Source: Candidatus Methanophagales archaeon ANME-1-THS (GTDB lineage: Archaea > Halobacteriota > Syntropharchaeia > Alkanophagales > Methanospirareceae). From it: 40,269 nt of DNA. Under the pieces are notes generated by a model. It worked only from the letters and a program-made list of their open reading frames with translations. It was not told the DNA's origin and searched no databases. Shown one piece after another: positions 29,863 through 38,840 of this stretch. The stretch lies in assembly GCA_004212135.1 (NCBI GenBank), contig RXIE01000128.1, positions 1 through 40,269 on the forward strand. The letters are read 5' to 3'. The position numbers were made by a program, and so were the translations under genes. Each line of letters opens with the position of its first letter. Within the stretch, counting starts at the first letter, position 1.

Positions 29863-29904
29863 TTCACAATGATTCTCAAATCTCTTTTTAGGCATGCTAT
29901 GACC
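29863..29904 (+). promoter_or_regulatory. Recurring upstream motif copy
   Basis: TTCACAATGATTCTCAAATCTCTTTTTAGGCATGCTATGACC. Confidence 0.7.
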
Positions 29905-29968
29905 AATTAAAATTTAGGCATGCAGGGTTTAACCACACCTCTTCTAAAATGGCGAAAGGGAAGAATAA

Positions 29969-30505
29969 ATGATGGCGAAAAAGAAAATCTCGTTCTTTGT
30001 GGTGAAACTTCGAGATCTTCTGAATAATAGCAGTATCTATGACAGACACTTCAGGAGTAAACCTGAGGAATGGAATGCTCTCAGTGTTACAATTGATACC
30101 CTGGAGGACACCTATCTCGCGCTGGAGCATGTCGAGACTTTTGGATTGGGAGACGAGATCGGTGAGAACTATCTAAAATTGTATGGATTATTACAGGCTG
30201 TGGTCATGCATCAGGATTCAATCCACCGGCTCTACCAAACCTTTTTAGGGCATGATTTACAACCTGATTCTGGTTCGGCCTGGATGAAAATAAGAGACCT
30301 CAGCAACTCAATCAAACGTTGCTTTATTTCCCGTTTTGACTTACAACGTAACAAAATTCGACTTTGGATTTGGGATAAGGATAAAGGAATAGACGAAATT
30401 GAGAAGGTTGATTTAAAGAACCTCTTTGAGTTATACAAATCAGAGGCTGCCAGCTATCTTAATAAAATTCACCAAGCACAGATTGAGAAGTATGGTGAAT
30501 TTTAA
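29969..30505 (+). CDS. Hypothetical all-alpha protein
   Basis: 178-aa ORF with normal composition; family not established. Confidence 0.65.
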   Translation: MMAKKKISFFVVKLRDLLNNSSIYDRHFRSKPEEWNALSVTIDTLEDTYLALEHVETFGLGDEIGENYLKLYGLLQAVVMHQDSIHRLYQTFLGHDLQPDSGSAWMKIRDLSNSIKRCFISRFDLQRNKIRLWIWDKDKGIDEIEKVDLKNLFELYKSEAASYLNKIHQAQIEKYGEF

Positions 30506-30971
30506 AAGCCAAAATCGATCTGGCGATTTTGCTGTTTTTCAATCCTACCTTAGTCCGTATTTAACCCGGAAAACCGCCCCTTTTATGCCTTTTATCTGCT
30601 TACTGTCCCCCCTTTCATATACCTCAATCTGGGATATAAATAACCCTGCTACTATCCAACGATCCACGACAACTAACCTCCGCAAGCCGGAGTAAGGGGC
30701 TTAAAGAAAAGCTTTACCAAAAGGAGGTCTTTATAGGCGAAATGGAGGTGTTTTTAGATGACTGGAGGACCAGATGAGTAGACCTTAGCACTGCTTCGCA
30801 CCTGAGGAGGTCATTTTATATATTTGGCTCACAGCACGGGTAATCATCGGATCGAGAGTGACATGGATATCCTGATCGTCTCTGAGGTATGAACGGGCGG
30901 AAACGCACTATTGGAATCAACACAATTTTGGCATATACTATCCTTTTATGAACAAAAATATATATATAATT

Positions 30972-31880
30972 ATGCCAGAGCGAATACGAAAATGTCCAGA
31001 ATGCGGATCTAAAAACATAATAACGGATCATAAGCATGCAGAACTTTACTGCGCCGATTGTGGAGTGGTAATAGCAGAGAAGCTCGTGGACCTCGGACCC
31101 GAATGGCGTGCTTATGACGAAGAACAAGCCTCTAAAAGGATAAGAACAGGTCCACCCATGAGTTATCGAATCCATAATAAAGGGTTGGGTACACCCACGC
31201 CGAAGTCACTTGAGAGCACGAAGAGATTGCGCGGGATAATAAGTGATAGTGGTGAAAAAACCCTCGCCGTTGGACTTGGTGAGATTGATAGGATGGCTTC
31301 TGCACTCAACCTCCCAAATGATATTAAAGAAGCTGCTTCACTGTTATATCGTAAATCGGCGAAACAGAATTTAATTAAAGGACGGAGCATAGAAGAATTA
31401 GGTTCTGCGGTGCTGTACATTACATGCAGGCAGTATGGAGTTCCACGAACACTTAAGGAGATCGCAAAGGTATCAAGGATGCCGTTGAAGAAAATAAGGC
31501 GGGCGTATCTCTTCCTGTTAAAGAACCTCGGAATAAAACTTGCACCTCCTGATCCTGCACGCTATATCCCTCGTTTCTCCTCCGAACTGGGATTGAGTAA
31601 TGCAACGAGGGAACGAGCAATAGCACTAATGAGGGAGAGTAAGGGAATAGCAGTAGCCAAGGGATGGGGCCCGACAGGAATGGCGGCTGGAGCAATATAT
31701 CTCGCTGCGACTTTGGGTAGTGAGTCAGTCGCGGAAAAGGATGTAGCTAGGATTGCAGGTATAACGCCGATTACGCTTCGAAACAGGTATAAGGAATTGG
31801 AGAAGAGGTTTAAGTTAAATATAAATGCTCTATCCTCTTTGCCAGACAATGGGGACTGCTCTGTGGAAGCGATAACTTGA
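30972..31880 (+). CDS. tfb: Transcription initiation factor IIB (divergent paralog)
   Basis: Zn ribbon CPEC..CADC, GPEWRAY B-reader, two cyclin repeats, TLRNRYKEL. ATG 30972 preferred. Confidence 0.93.
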   Translation: MPERIRKCPECGSKNIITDHKHAELYCADCGVVIAEKLVDLGPEWRAYDEEQASKRIRTGPPMSYRIHNKGLGTPTPKSLESTKRLRGIISDSGEKTLAVGLGEIDRMASALNLPNDIKEAASLLYRKSAKQNLIKGRSIEELGSAVLYITCRQYGVPRTLKEIAKVSRMPLKKIRRAYLFLLKNLGIKLAPPDPARYIPRFSSELGLSNATRERAIALMRESKGIAVAKGWGPTGMAAGAIYLAATLGSESVAEKDVARIAGITPITLRNRYKELEKRFKLNINALSSLPDNGDCSVEAIT

Positions 31881-32331
31881 AAGAGCTCCCTTCGCTACTA
31901 TTACAGAGGTCATCTTAGATTTCGACTCAAGCAATACAGTGCTGTATTTTTGCCTAAACCAGAAAACCATCAGTTGAAATCAGTGGCGTTAGGGGTTTAA
32001 ACAAAGATAACGTTCGAAAAAGGTATGGAAAGCGATGAAATTCCATACGCCTCGGTTAAGGCGAAGCTGGAGGCGTATAGAAGAGGGTTTGGATTAAAAA
32101 CCCCCTATCTTTGGCAAATTTCAATTGCCTCTCAAAACCTCATACTCCTCAATTGAAGCAGAGATGAAAGAAGCAGTGAGAGGGGGTTGTAGAAAGTTAA
32201 CCTTCTTCGCTCTCGTTCGGAGGTGGAGATGGTATATTCTTCATATCAAGACCTAACTCCATATAACACGCAACTCCAACATTCTCATATCCCGGATTTG
32301 GTTAATTTTACGGGGGAGCTAGCAGTAAGCC

Positions 32332-32568
32332 ATGAACTATGTGGTGCGTAAAATTCGGCGAAGCGACCTCTTCTGCACATTGCTACAGATACCGCTCCTG
32401 ATTCTCCCAAAATCCATAAACTATGCCACCATCACGATCTTGACTTTGGGTGACGGGGTAGCCAGCCTTGCAGGAAAGTTAGTTGGAGGAATTCAGCTCC
32501 CATTTAATCTCAGGAAGACATTTGAAGAGACTTTAACAGGCTTTCTCTTTGCTCTTACAGTTTTGTAA
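32332..32568 (+). pseudogene. Fragment of dolichol/phytol kinase-like membrane protein
   Basis: LGDGVASLAGK...LPFN.RKTFE motif; far shorter than the family and truncated. Confidence 0.6.
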
Positions 32569-33217
32569 GGTGTGGCAGAACTTTATCGGCAATTTCCTTC
32601 TCATATCGGAGTACGATCTTCCCGGTTAGCCAGCCGAGTACAGCACCCACGATGACATCCAGTGGCCAGTGCACACCTATATAAATCCTGCTGAAACTTA
32701 CCACCACAGCCAAAGCCCAAAGAAATGGCTTCCAAAGTTTATCTTTTTTTCCCAGTATCGTGGCAGCGACGAAGACATTATTAGCATGTCCACTTGGAAA
32801 GCTATATCCGCTTTCCATCCCCAAAGTCCTTACCTCAGCAACAATCCAAAAGGGTCTTGCCCGGGGCAAAAGCTTAAACGGAAAAAGGATAAGGGTGCTA
32901 ATAATAACTCCTGCGACTAACAGGACCGCCTCATTTCTTCTATTCCAGACCCACAATAAAACAGCGACAACTAACCAAAACATCGTAGCTCCAGTATACG
33001 TTACGAGGCTGAAAAACAGATCAGCAGGTGGAAAAGCAAGTGTTCGATTTACAAATTTGAAACCTGCCAGGTCCAATGAAGCTATCCAGGACGGGAAGAT
33101 TTCTCTACTTCCGGTAAAATAGCTTAGTAAAAATTCATCAACGAGCTCGATAACTAAAAATAGAAGAATAAAACCAAGAATTGCTTTCCAACCCCCCAGT
33201 TTCCTTTCTTCCTTCAT
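32555..33217 (-). CDS. PAP2 family membrane phosphatase
   Basis: K..PRARP, SFPSGH, SRIYIGVHWPLDV. Confidence 0.9.
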   Translation of the reverse strand: MKEERKLGGWKAILGFILLFLVIELVDEFLLSYFTGSREIFPSWIASLDLAGFKFVNRTLAFPPADLFFSLVTYTGATMFWLVVAVLLWVWNRRNEAVLLVAGVIISTLILFPFKLLPRARPFWIVAEVRTLGMESGYSFPSGHANNVFVAATILGKKDKLWKPFLWALAVVVSFSRIYIGVHWPLDVIVGAVLGWLTGKIVLRYEKEIADKVLPHLTKL

Positions 33218-33245
33218 AGTGGAATATTCCTTATGATCTTCCAGA

Positions 33246-33266
33246 TTCGATAACACTGTTATCGAA
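33246..33266. promoter_or_regulatory. Perfect 21-bp palindrome, probable operator
   Basis: TTCGATAACA-C-TGTTATCGAA, 29-49 bp upstream of the PAP2 ATG. Confidence 0.5.
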
Positions 33267-33289
33267 CAATTTAAGGGCTATTATTTTCT

Positions 33290-33697
33290 CAAGACGAGTT
33301 TTCATACATAGCGGCGTTGATAGCTGTAATTCTCGTTGCGCGGGGATATTATTTAGCCGATCCTTTTACATCCGTAATCTTGGCCACAATAATCGCCTTG
33401 AGCGGGGTATATCTCTTTAAAGGTAATGTCCACTACCTTGTGGGCAAGGCGCCGAGGAGGGAGTTTATGGAAAAAGTGGAAATCAAGGCAAAGTCAGTGA
33501 AAGGTGTTCTGGGCGTTCATGACTTGATAGCTGAGTACGGAGGACCAAACATAGTTCACACAGGCTTTCACATTGAGGTGGCTAAGGGCACCCCGATAGA
33601 AGAGGCAGATAGAATAGCGGAAGAAGTTAAGGAAAGAGTTAGTCGAGAAACGGGTTGTCAGCATTGTGTAATTCACGTAGATCCGGTCAAAATTTAA
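33290..33697 (+). pseudogene. C-terminal fragment of a cation diffusion facilitator
   Basis: Only the last two TM helices (D..S..A, LADP) and the cytosolic dimerisation domain (VHDL...FHIEV...IHVDP) are present. Confidence 0.72.
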
Positions 33698-33767
33698 AAG
33701 AGCATGCCTTGCTTTAAAGTTAAAAAAGGAATGATTTGGTCAACACTTTTACAATAAGTGCAACTTA

Positions 33768-33972
33768 TCACAACTTGAAATTAACCCTAAGTTCTCTTAG
33801 TAACACCTGTGTGGTGGGAACGTACCTATCCTTATCACGATTCGATTGCACTATCTTGATCTTTTTGTCAAGGAAACCACTATCCAGCACCATCAGGTTT
33901 GAAACTTCGCTGATTCGTAATCCGCACCAATTCCCCACCCATCGCTTGATATACCATTGCTTTCATTATCAT
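33768..33972 (-). pseudogene. Tyrosine recombinase relic (not in the ORF track in this frame)
   Basis: Minus frame 33926->33768 reads CGLRISEVSNLMVLDSGFLDKKIKIVQSNRDKDRYVPTTQVLLREL: box I GLRISE plus KDR patch. The preceding helix MIMKAMVY is in another frame. Confidence 0.72.
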
Positions 33973-34097
33973 AGATGGTATACCCGGAAATGGCTGCCAA
34001 CTGACGTTTCGACTCTTCCTAATCGTGTGGAGATAACTAACCACCTGTTTTAAGTATATAATATCCATCTATTTTTGAAGAGAGAATAGGTAGGCGG

Positions 34098-37000
34098 ATG
34101 CAGGTCTTACATGCGACGTGGGATAAAGACAGACTTTATCTCTGGGCGGAATCTTCTAACCTGCCACTGAGTGCCGCGGGGCATCGCGGTCGGCGGCCCG
34201 AAGCGAAGAAGCCCAAATCAAGAGCACATCCTTTTGCTCTCGCCAGCGATGAGTTAAGAGAAGTTATTGAAAGCATCTTCGAGCATGTGATTTATGAAAC
34301 TGCAGCGTCTGAAAAGAAGACACTTCTCTTACCTTCGACTCAAAAAGGTCCACTGCCATCACCCTGGCTGATTCGAGAGGAGGATTACAGCGCTGAGAAA
34401 GCAACCGGGTTAGCGGGTTGGGAGATTGAGACCCTGGCTTTTGACCCCTATTTAGCATTCGATTTCTTACTCGGGCTACCAGAACAGCCTCCTCGTGGTC
34501 TTACTTTCGGCAGTTCACTTCAATTCTGGATAGAAGTAGCCAAGTTCTCACTTGAACTCATTGCGAGACAGCAATTTATACCTTCAATTCGAGTGGCTAA
34601 ACATGACGGTTCCGCAACCGCTTTCTTTCGGGCTGCCTGGGAGGCAGTTATCACCGAGAATGACGAAGAACGAGTGCATCTACTGGCAGAGGTAATGCCT
34701 CCATGCTGCCGAGCATTTCCCGAGAAAGATAAATCGCAGTTACTATCCCCAGCGAACTTGATCTTGAGTTTTATCAATCGAACCATTGACGCATTTATAC
34801 GCAAAAGTTTAGTCTCCATCTCGCTCCTGCCACACGGTCGTGGTCGCCGCCCCAAAGTTGTCCCCTTACCGGAACAATGGCTTCGAGCTCTTTCAACTGA
34901 CAATCCTGCTCTTGTAGCATCATGGGAGGAACTAAATGCCTTTTGTAAGGAGATGCAGGCATGGCTCGCTCAACTTCAGCCTGCTGCGCCGGATGCACCG
35001 TTCCGCACTTGTTTTAGACTAGATTCGCCATTTAATTCGGGCGAAGAAGAAAAAGGAGAAGAATGGAAGGTTCGTTTTTTCCTCCAGGCAAAGGAAGACC
35101 GAAGTCTGCTGGTTCCTGCTGAGGAGGTATGGAAAACGAGGTCACCCACACTTACTTTCCTCAAACGAAGGTTTAAAAACCCACAGGAACAATTGCTCGC
35201 CGACCTCGGTAAAGCATCCCGGGTTATCCCTCTTGTAGAGCAGAGTTTGCAAACTGCATGTCCTGTAGGAGTGGAACTGAACACAGAGCAAGCTTATTCC
35301 TTTTTGCGACACTCAGCACCCCTTCTGGAACAGAGTGGCTTCGGCGTCCTCCTCCCATCGTGGTGGGAAAAACCAGGTGCACGTATTGGCGTAAAACTCC
35401 GGTTGAAGCCTGCATCAGAGGGAAGTGGCAAAGTGGTAACTTCAGGGCTTCTTGGTGTCAAAGGCATCGTCGCTTATGACTGGGAAGTGGCTATTGGAGA
35501 TGAAACGCTTTCAGAGGCTGAATTCGAGCAGTTAGCAAGTTTGAAGGTCCCCTTAGTTCAGGTACGGGGGCAGTGGGTGGAATTGCGACCCGAGGATGTG
35601 GAAGCTGCTATCGAATTCTTCAAGCATAAGCACGGCAGCGGCGAGATGACCTTGGGAGAGGCGATGCAACTTGGACTGGGCGCAGGCGTCGAGGGTGTGG
35701 AAACCGAACTGGGGCTTCCCGTAGTGGACGTGAAGGCAGAGGGCTGGCTCGAAGATATGTTAAGCGGTCTTTCTGAAGGGCTTAAAATAACACCTGTTAA
35801 GACGCCTCGGACCTTCCAAGGCAACCTTCGCCCTTATCAGGCAAAAGGCGTTTCCTGGCTCGCGTACCTCACCAAATTCGGGTTTGGTGCTTGTTTAGCG
35901 GACGATATGGGACTTGGTAAGACCATCCAGCTAATCGCTCTTCTTTTGCATGAACGAGAAGGTAAAAGTGAAAAGAAGCCCGCTCCAACACTCCTGATCA
36001 GCCCAATGTCAGTGGTGGGCAACTGGCAGAGGGAGGTTGAACGTTTCGCACCCTCGCTTAGAGTCATGGTTCATCACGGCGCAGATAGAATTACCGGCAA
36101 AAACTTCGTTAGGGATGCGAAAAAGCACGACCTTGTCATCAGCACGTATGCACTGGCGCATCGAGATGAAGAGACACTTTCCACGGTTCAATGGCGGCAC
36201 GTCGTGCTTGACGAAGCACAGAATATTAAAAACCCGGCTGCTAAACAGACGCAGGCGATAAAGAAAATCAAAGCTGAATATAGGATCGCACTCACCGGGA
36301 CGCCAGTAGAAAACCGCCTCTCCGAGCTCTGGTCCATTATGGACTTCCTCAACCCTGGCTACTTGAAATCCGCAGAACATTTCCGCACGAACTTCGTTCT
36401 GCCCATTGAGAAATATCGAAACAAGGAGCGTGCAGAGATGCTTCGTCGCATAATTCAGCCATTTGTCCTTCGACGTGTGAAGACAGATCCTACAATTATA
36501 CAGGATTTACCTGAGAAGATGGAGATGAAGGTCTACTACAACCTCACGCGCGAGCAGGCATCACTTTACGAAGCGGTAGTTGCGGAGATGCTCGATAAAA
36601 TCGCGGTATCAAAAGGAATCGAGCGTAAAGGGCTGGTGCTGGCTACTTTGATGAAACTAAAACAGATCTGTAATCACCCTGCGTTGTTCCTCCAGGACGG
36701 CAGTCCCTTGTTAGGCCGTTCCGGAAAGCTTACCAGATTGGAGGAGATGCTTGAAGAAGTGCTTGCAGAAGGCGACAAAGCACTAATTTTCACGCAGTTC
36801 GCGGGAATGGGCGTTATGTTGCGGCACTATTTACAGGAGAAGCTGGGATGTGAGGCGTTGTTCTTGCACGGGGGCACACCAAAGAAGCAGCGTGATGCCA
36901 TGATCCAGCGTTTCCAGAACGACCATTATGGACCACCACTATTCGTTCTCTCACTAAAAGCAGGCGGGTTTGGCCTCAACTTGACTGCTGCGAACCATGT

Positions 37001-37265
37001 CTTCCACTTTGACCGGTGGTGGAATCCAGCGGTGGAAAATCAGGCAACCGACCGCGTCTTCCGCATCGGGCAGAAGAAAAATGTTCAGGTTCATAAGTTC
37101 GTGTGCATTGGCACGCTTGAGGAACGAATAGACCTGATGATAGAGCAGAAGAAAGAACTCGCAGAATCTATTATCAGCACTGGCGAAGCGTGGCTCACCG
37201 AATTATCAACAGATCAGCTCAAAGAGGTGTTCAGATTGAGTAGTGATGCTGTAAGAGGTGATTAA
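34098..37265 (+). CDS. SNF2/SWI2-family helicase-like ATPase (SSO1653/YwqA-like)
   Basis: LRPYQ, LADDMGLGKT, DEAQ, ALTGTP, LIFTQF, SLKAGGFGLNL, QATDRVFRIGQ. Confidence 0.95.
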   Translation: MQVLHATWDKDRLYLWAESSNLPLSAAGHRGRRPEAKKPKSRAHPFALASDELREVIESIFEHVIYETAASEKKTLLLPSTQKGPLPSPWLIREEDYSAEKATGLAGWEIETLAFDPYLAFDFLLGLPEQPPRGLTFGSSLQFWIEVAKFSLELIARQQFIPSIRVAKHDGSATAFFRAAWEAVITENDEERVHLLAEVMPPCCRAFPEKDKSQLLSPANLILSFINRTIDAFIRKSLVSISLLPHGRGRRPKVVPLPEQWLRALSTDNPALVASWEELNAFCKEMQAWLAQLQPAAPDAPFRTCFRLDSPFNSGEEEKGEEWKVRFFLQAKEDRSLLVPAEEVWKTRSPTLTFLKRRFKNPQEQLLADLGKASRVIPLVEQSLQTACPVGVELNTEQAYSFLRHSAPLLEQSGFGVLLPSWWEKPGARIGVKLRLKPASEGSGKVVTSGLLGVKGIVAYDWEVAIGDETLSEAEFEQLASLKVPLVQVRGQWVELRPEDVEAAIEFFKHKHGSGEMTLGEAMQLGLGAGVEGVETELGLPVVDVKAEGWLEDMLSGLSEGLKITPVKTPRTFQGNLRPYQAKGVSWLAYLTKFGFGACLADDMGLGKTIQLIALLLHEREGKSEKKPAPTLLISPMSVVGNWQREVERFAPSLRVMVHHGADRITGKNFVRDAKKHDLVISTYALAHRDEETLSTVQWRHVVLDEAQNIKNPAAKQTQAIKKIKAEYRIALTGTPVENRLSELWSIMDFLNPGYLKSAEHFRTNFVLPIEKYRNKERAEMLRRIIQPFVLRRVKTDPTIIQDLPEKMEMKVYYNLTREQASLYEAVVAEMLDKIAVSKGIERKGLVLATLMKLKQICNHPALFLQDGSPLLGRSGKLTRLEEMLEEVLAEGDKALIFTQFAGMGVMLRHYLQEKLGCEALFLHGGTPKKQRDAMIQRFQNDHYGPPLFVLSLKAGGFGLNLTAANHVFHFDRWWNPAVENQATDRVFRIGQKKNVQVHKFVCIGTLEERIDLMIEQKKELAESIISTGEAWLTELSTDQLKEVFRLSSDAVRGD

Positions 37266-37266
37266 A

Positions 37267-38199
37267 ATGGGGTGGGGGAGCTACTGGGGTTATTACAAAC
37301 CAGCAAAGCCGAAAGAAGTAAAAGAGGGCATAAAAGCAAAGAGCAAACGAGGAGCAATTGGTGAGACATGGTGGTCAAAACGGTGGATAGATGTGCTTGA
37401 ATCCTTCGATATGGGTGCAAGACTGAGCCGTGGGCGGTCTTACGCTCGCAAAGGGCAGGTGATCTCAATTGATGTCCAGAAAGGCATTGTCATCGCGAAG
37501 GTTCAGGGCACACGACCAAAACCCTACGATGTGAGAATCCAATTGAACCCGATTGCTGAACAGGATTGGGACAAAGTAACGGATGCAATGGCGTCAAAGG
37601 CGATATTTGCGGCTAAGTTGCTCTCGGGAGAAATGCCGCTCGACATCGAGGATGCTTTTAGCGAAGCTGGCATTGCTCTTTTTCCGAGAGCCAAGAAAGA
37701 ACTCGAAACTGATTGCTCGTGCCCCGATTGGGCAAATCCATGCAAACATATCGCCGCAGTTTATTACCTCTTAGCAGAGCGGTTTGATGAAGACCCATTT
37801 CTTATCTTCAAACTACGTGGTCGAACAAAGGAAGAGATTATTGATGCTCTCCGTGAAAAACGTGCTGCTGCCGCAACTGTGGAAGAAGAAAGCGAAGTGA
37901 TAGCCGAGGGCGCTGTTTCCATCCATGGTGAGGAAGTCCGACCATTGGAGGAATGCCTGGATTCTTTCTGGCATGTGGGTGATGCATTAAATTCATTCTC
38001 CGTCAATCCCGCTCGTCCAGAGGTAGAGAATGCGATTCTTAAACGGCTGGGAGATGCTCCTTTCTCCATTGGTAAAGTTAACCTCACTTCTTTGCTCTCA
38101 AAAGCATACGAGGTGGCAAGCAGTGCAGCATTACATAAGGCATCCATGGAATCGGAAGAGGATTGCAAGAAGCAGGAACGTAATAAAAAGATTAAATAA
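37267..38199 (+). CDS. SWIM zinc finger protein
   Basis: CSCPDWANPCKH, RGRSYAR, DPFLIFKLRG; translationally coupled to the SNF2 gene. Confidence 0.92.
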   Translation: MGWGSYWGYYKPAKPKEVKEGIKAKSKRGAIGETWWSKRWIDVLESFDMGARLSRGRSYARKGQVISIDVQKGIVIAKVQGTRPKPYDVRIQLNPIAEQDWDKVTDAMASKAIFAAKLLSGEMPLDIEDAFSEAGIALFPRAKKELETDCSCPDWANPCKHIAAVYYLLAERFDEDPFLIFKLRGRTKEEIIDALREKRAAAATVEEESEVIAEGAVSIHGEEVRPLEECLDSFWHVGDALNSFSVNPARPEVENAILKRLGDAPFSIGKVNLTSLLSKAYEVASSAALHKASMESEEDCKKQERNKKIK

Positions 38200-38767
38200 A
38201 GCCACTTAGAGAAGCAAAAGTAAAATCAATTACCCTTAAGTTATATCAGAAAACTTTAAGGCTCTCGTTCACTATTTCCATCTTTCCAGTAAGGAATAAG
38301 GTCTGTTAAAGCCTTATTTTTGCAACGCAATCTTAAGTATTTCTAGAACTTAAAGGACTTTAGATAATTAATAAATATTCTATCATCCCGTGCGACTTAC
38401 CTAGTTTATCTGTCGCAGGCGCATAAAGCCCTTACTTCTTATAAAAGGGAGTTTATACATAAATAATTTCGCTTTTTTGCACCAATGAGAAAGAATTGAA
38501 CCATTAGGTTTGAAAAGAAAGCCTCTGGGTCTTATTCACAGTTGTGTTGTCGTCGATAACTTCACAATATTGAGATAATGCGAAATTTTATTAGAGAGGA
38601 TATGTAGAAATAGATGTGGTCTTATGATAAGACAGGTAGAAGAAGGGGATACGAAAGGGGGGATTATTATTCCGAAGGATAAGTTTGAGGAGTTTATGGA
38701 GTTTCAAAGGAGGTGGGTGAAACATGATTGAAAAACGATGTATAAAAAGCAGTCAGTTAGAGGGAGG

Positions 38768-38840
38768 TATATGCGACATTGTCGCATATAACCCAAAATT
38801 GGAAGGATATACGACACTGTCGTATATGAACGAGTTATAC
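38768..38840 (+). other. attI-like integron recombination site with two upstream palindromes
   Basis: GTATATG-AACGA-GTTATAC simple site (38822-38840), preceded by perfect palindromes at 38768-38790 and 38807-38827. Confidence 0.62.

Noticed and set aside
30506..30830. Possible IS end or transposase remnant
   Set aside because: No terminal inverted repeat pair or transposase motif could be identified.
32025..32156. 43-aa ORF MESDEIPYASVK...
   Set aside because: No recognisable motif; lies in a decayed region.
38624..38731. TKGGIIIP resembling the GroES mobile loop
   Set aside because: Flanking GroES motifs are absent; an 8-residue match in a 35-aa ORF is probably chance.
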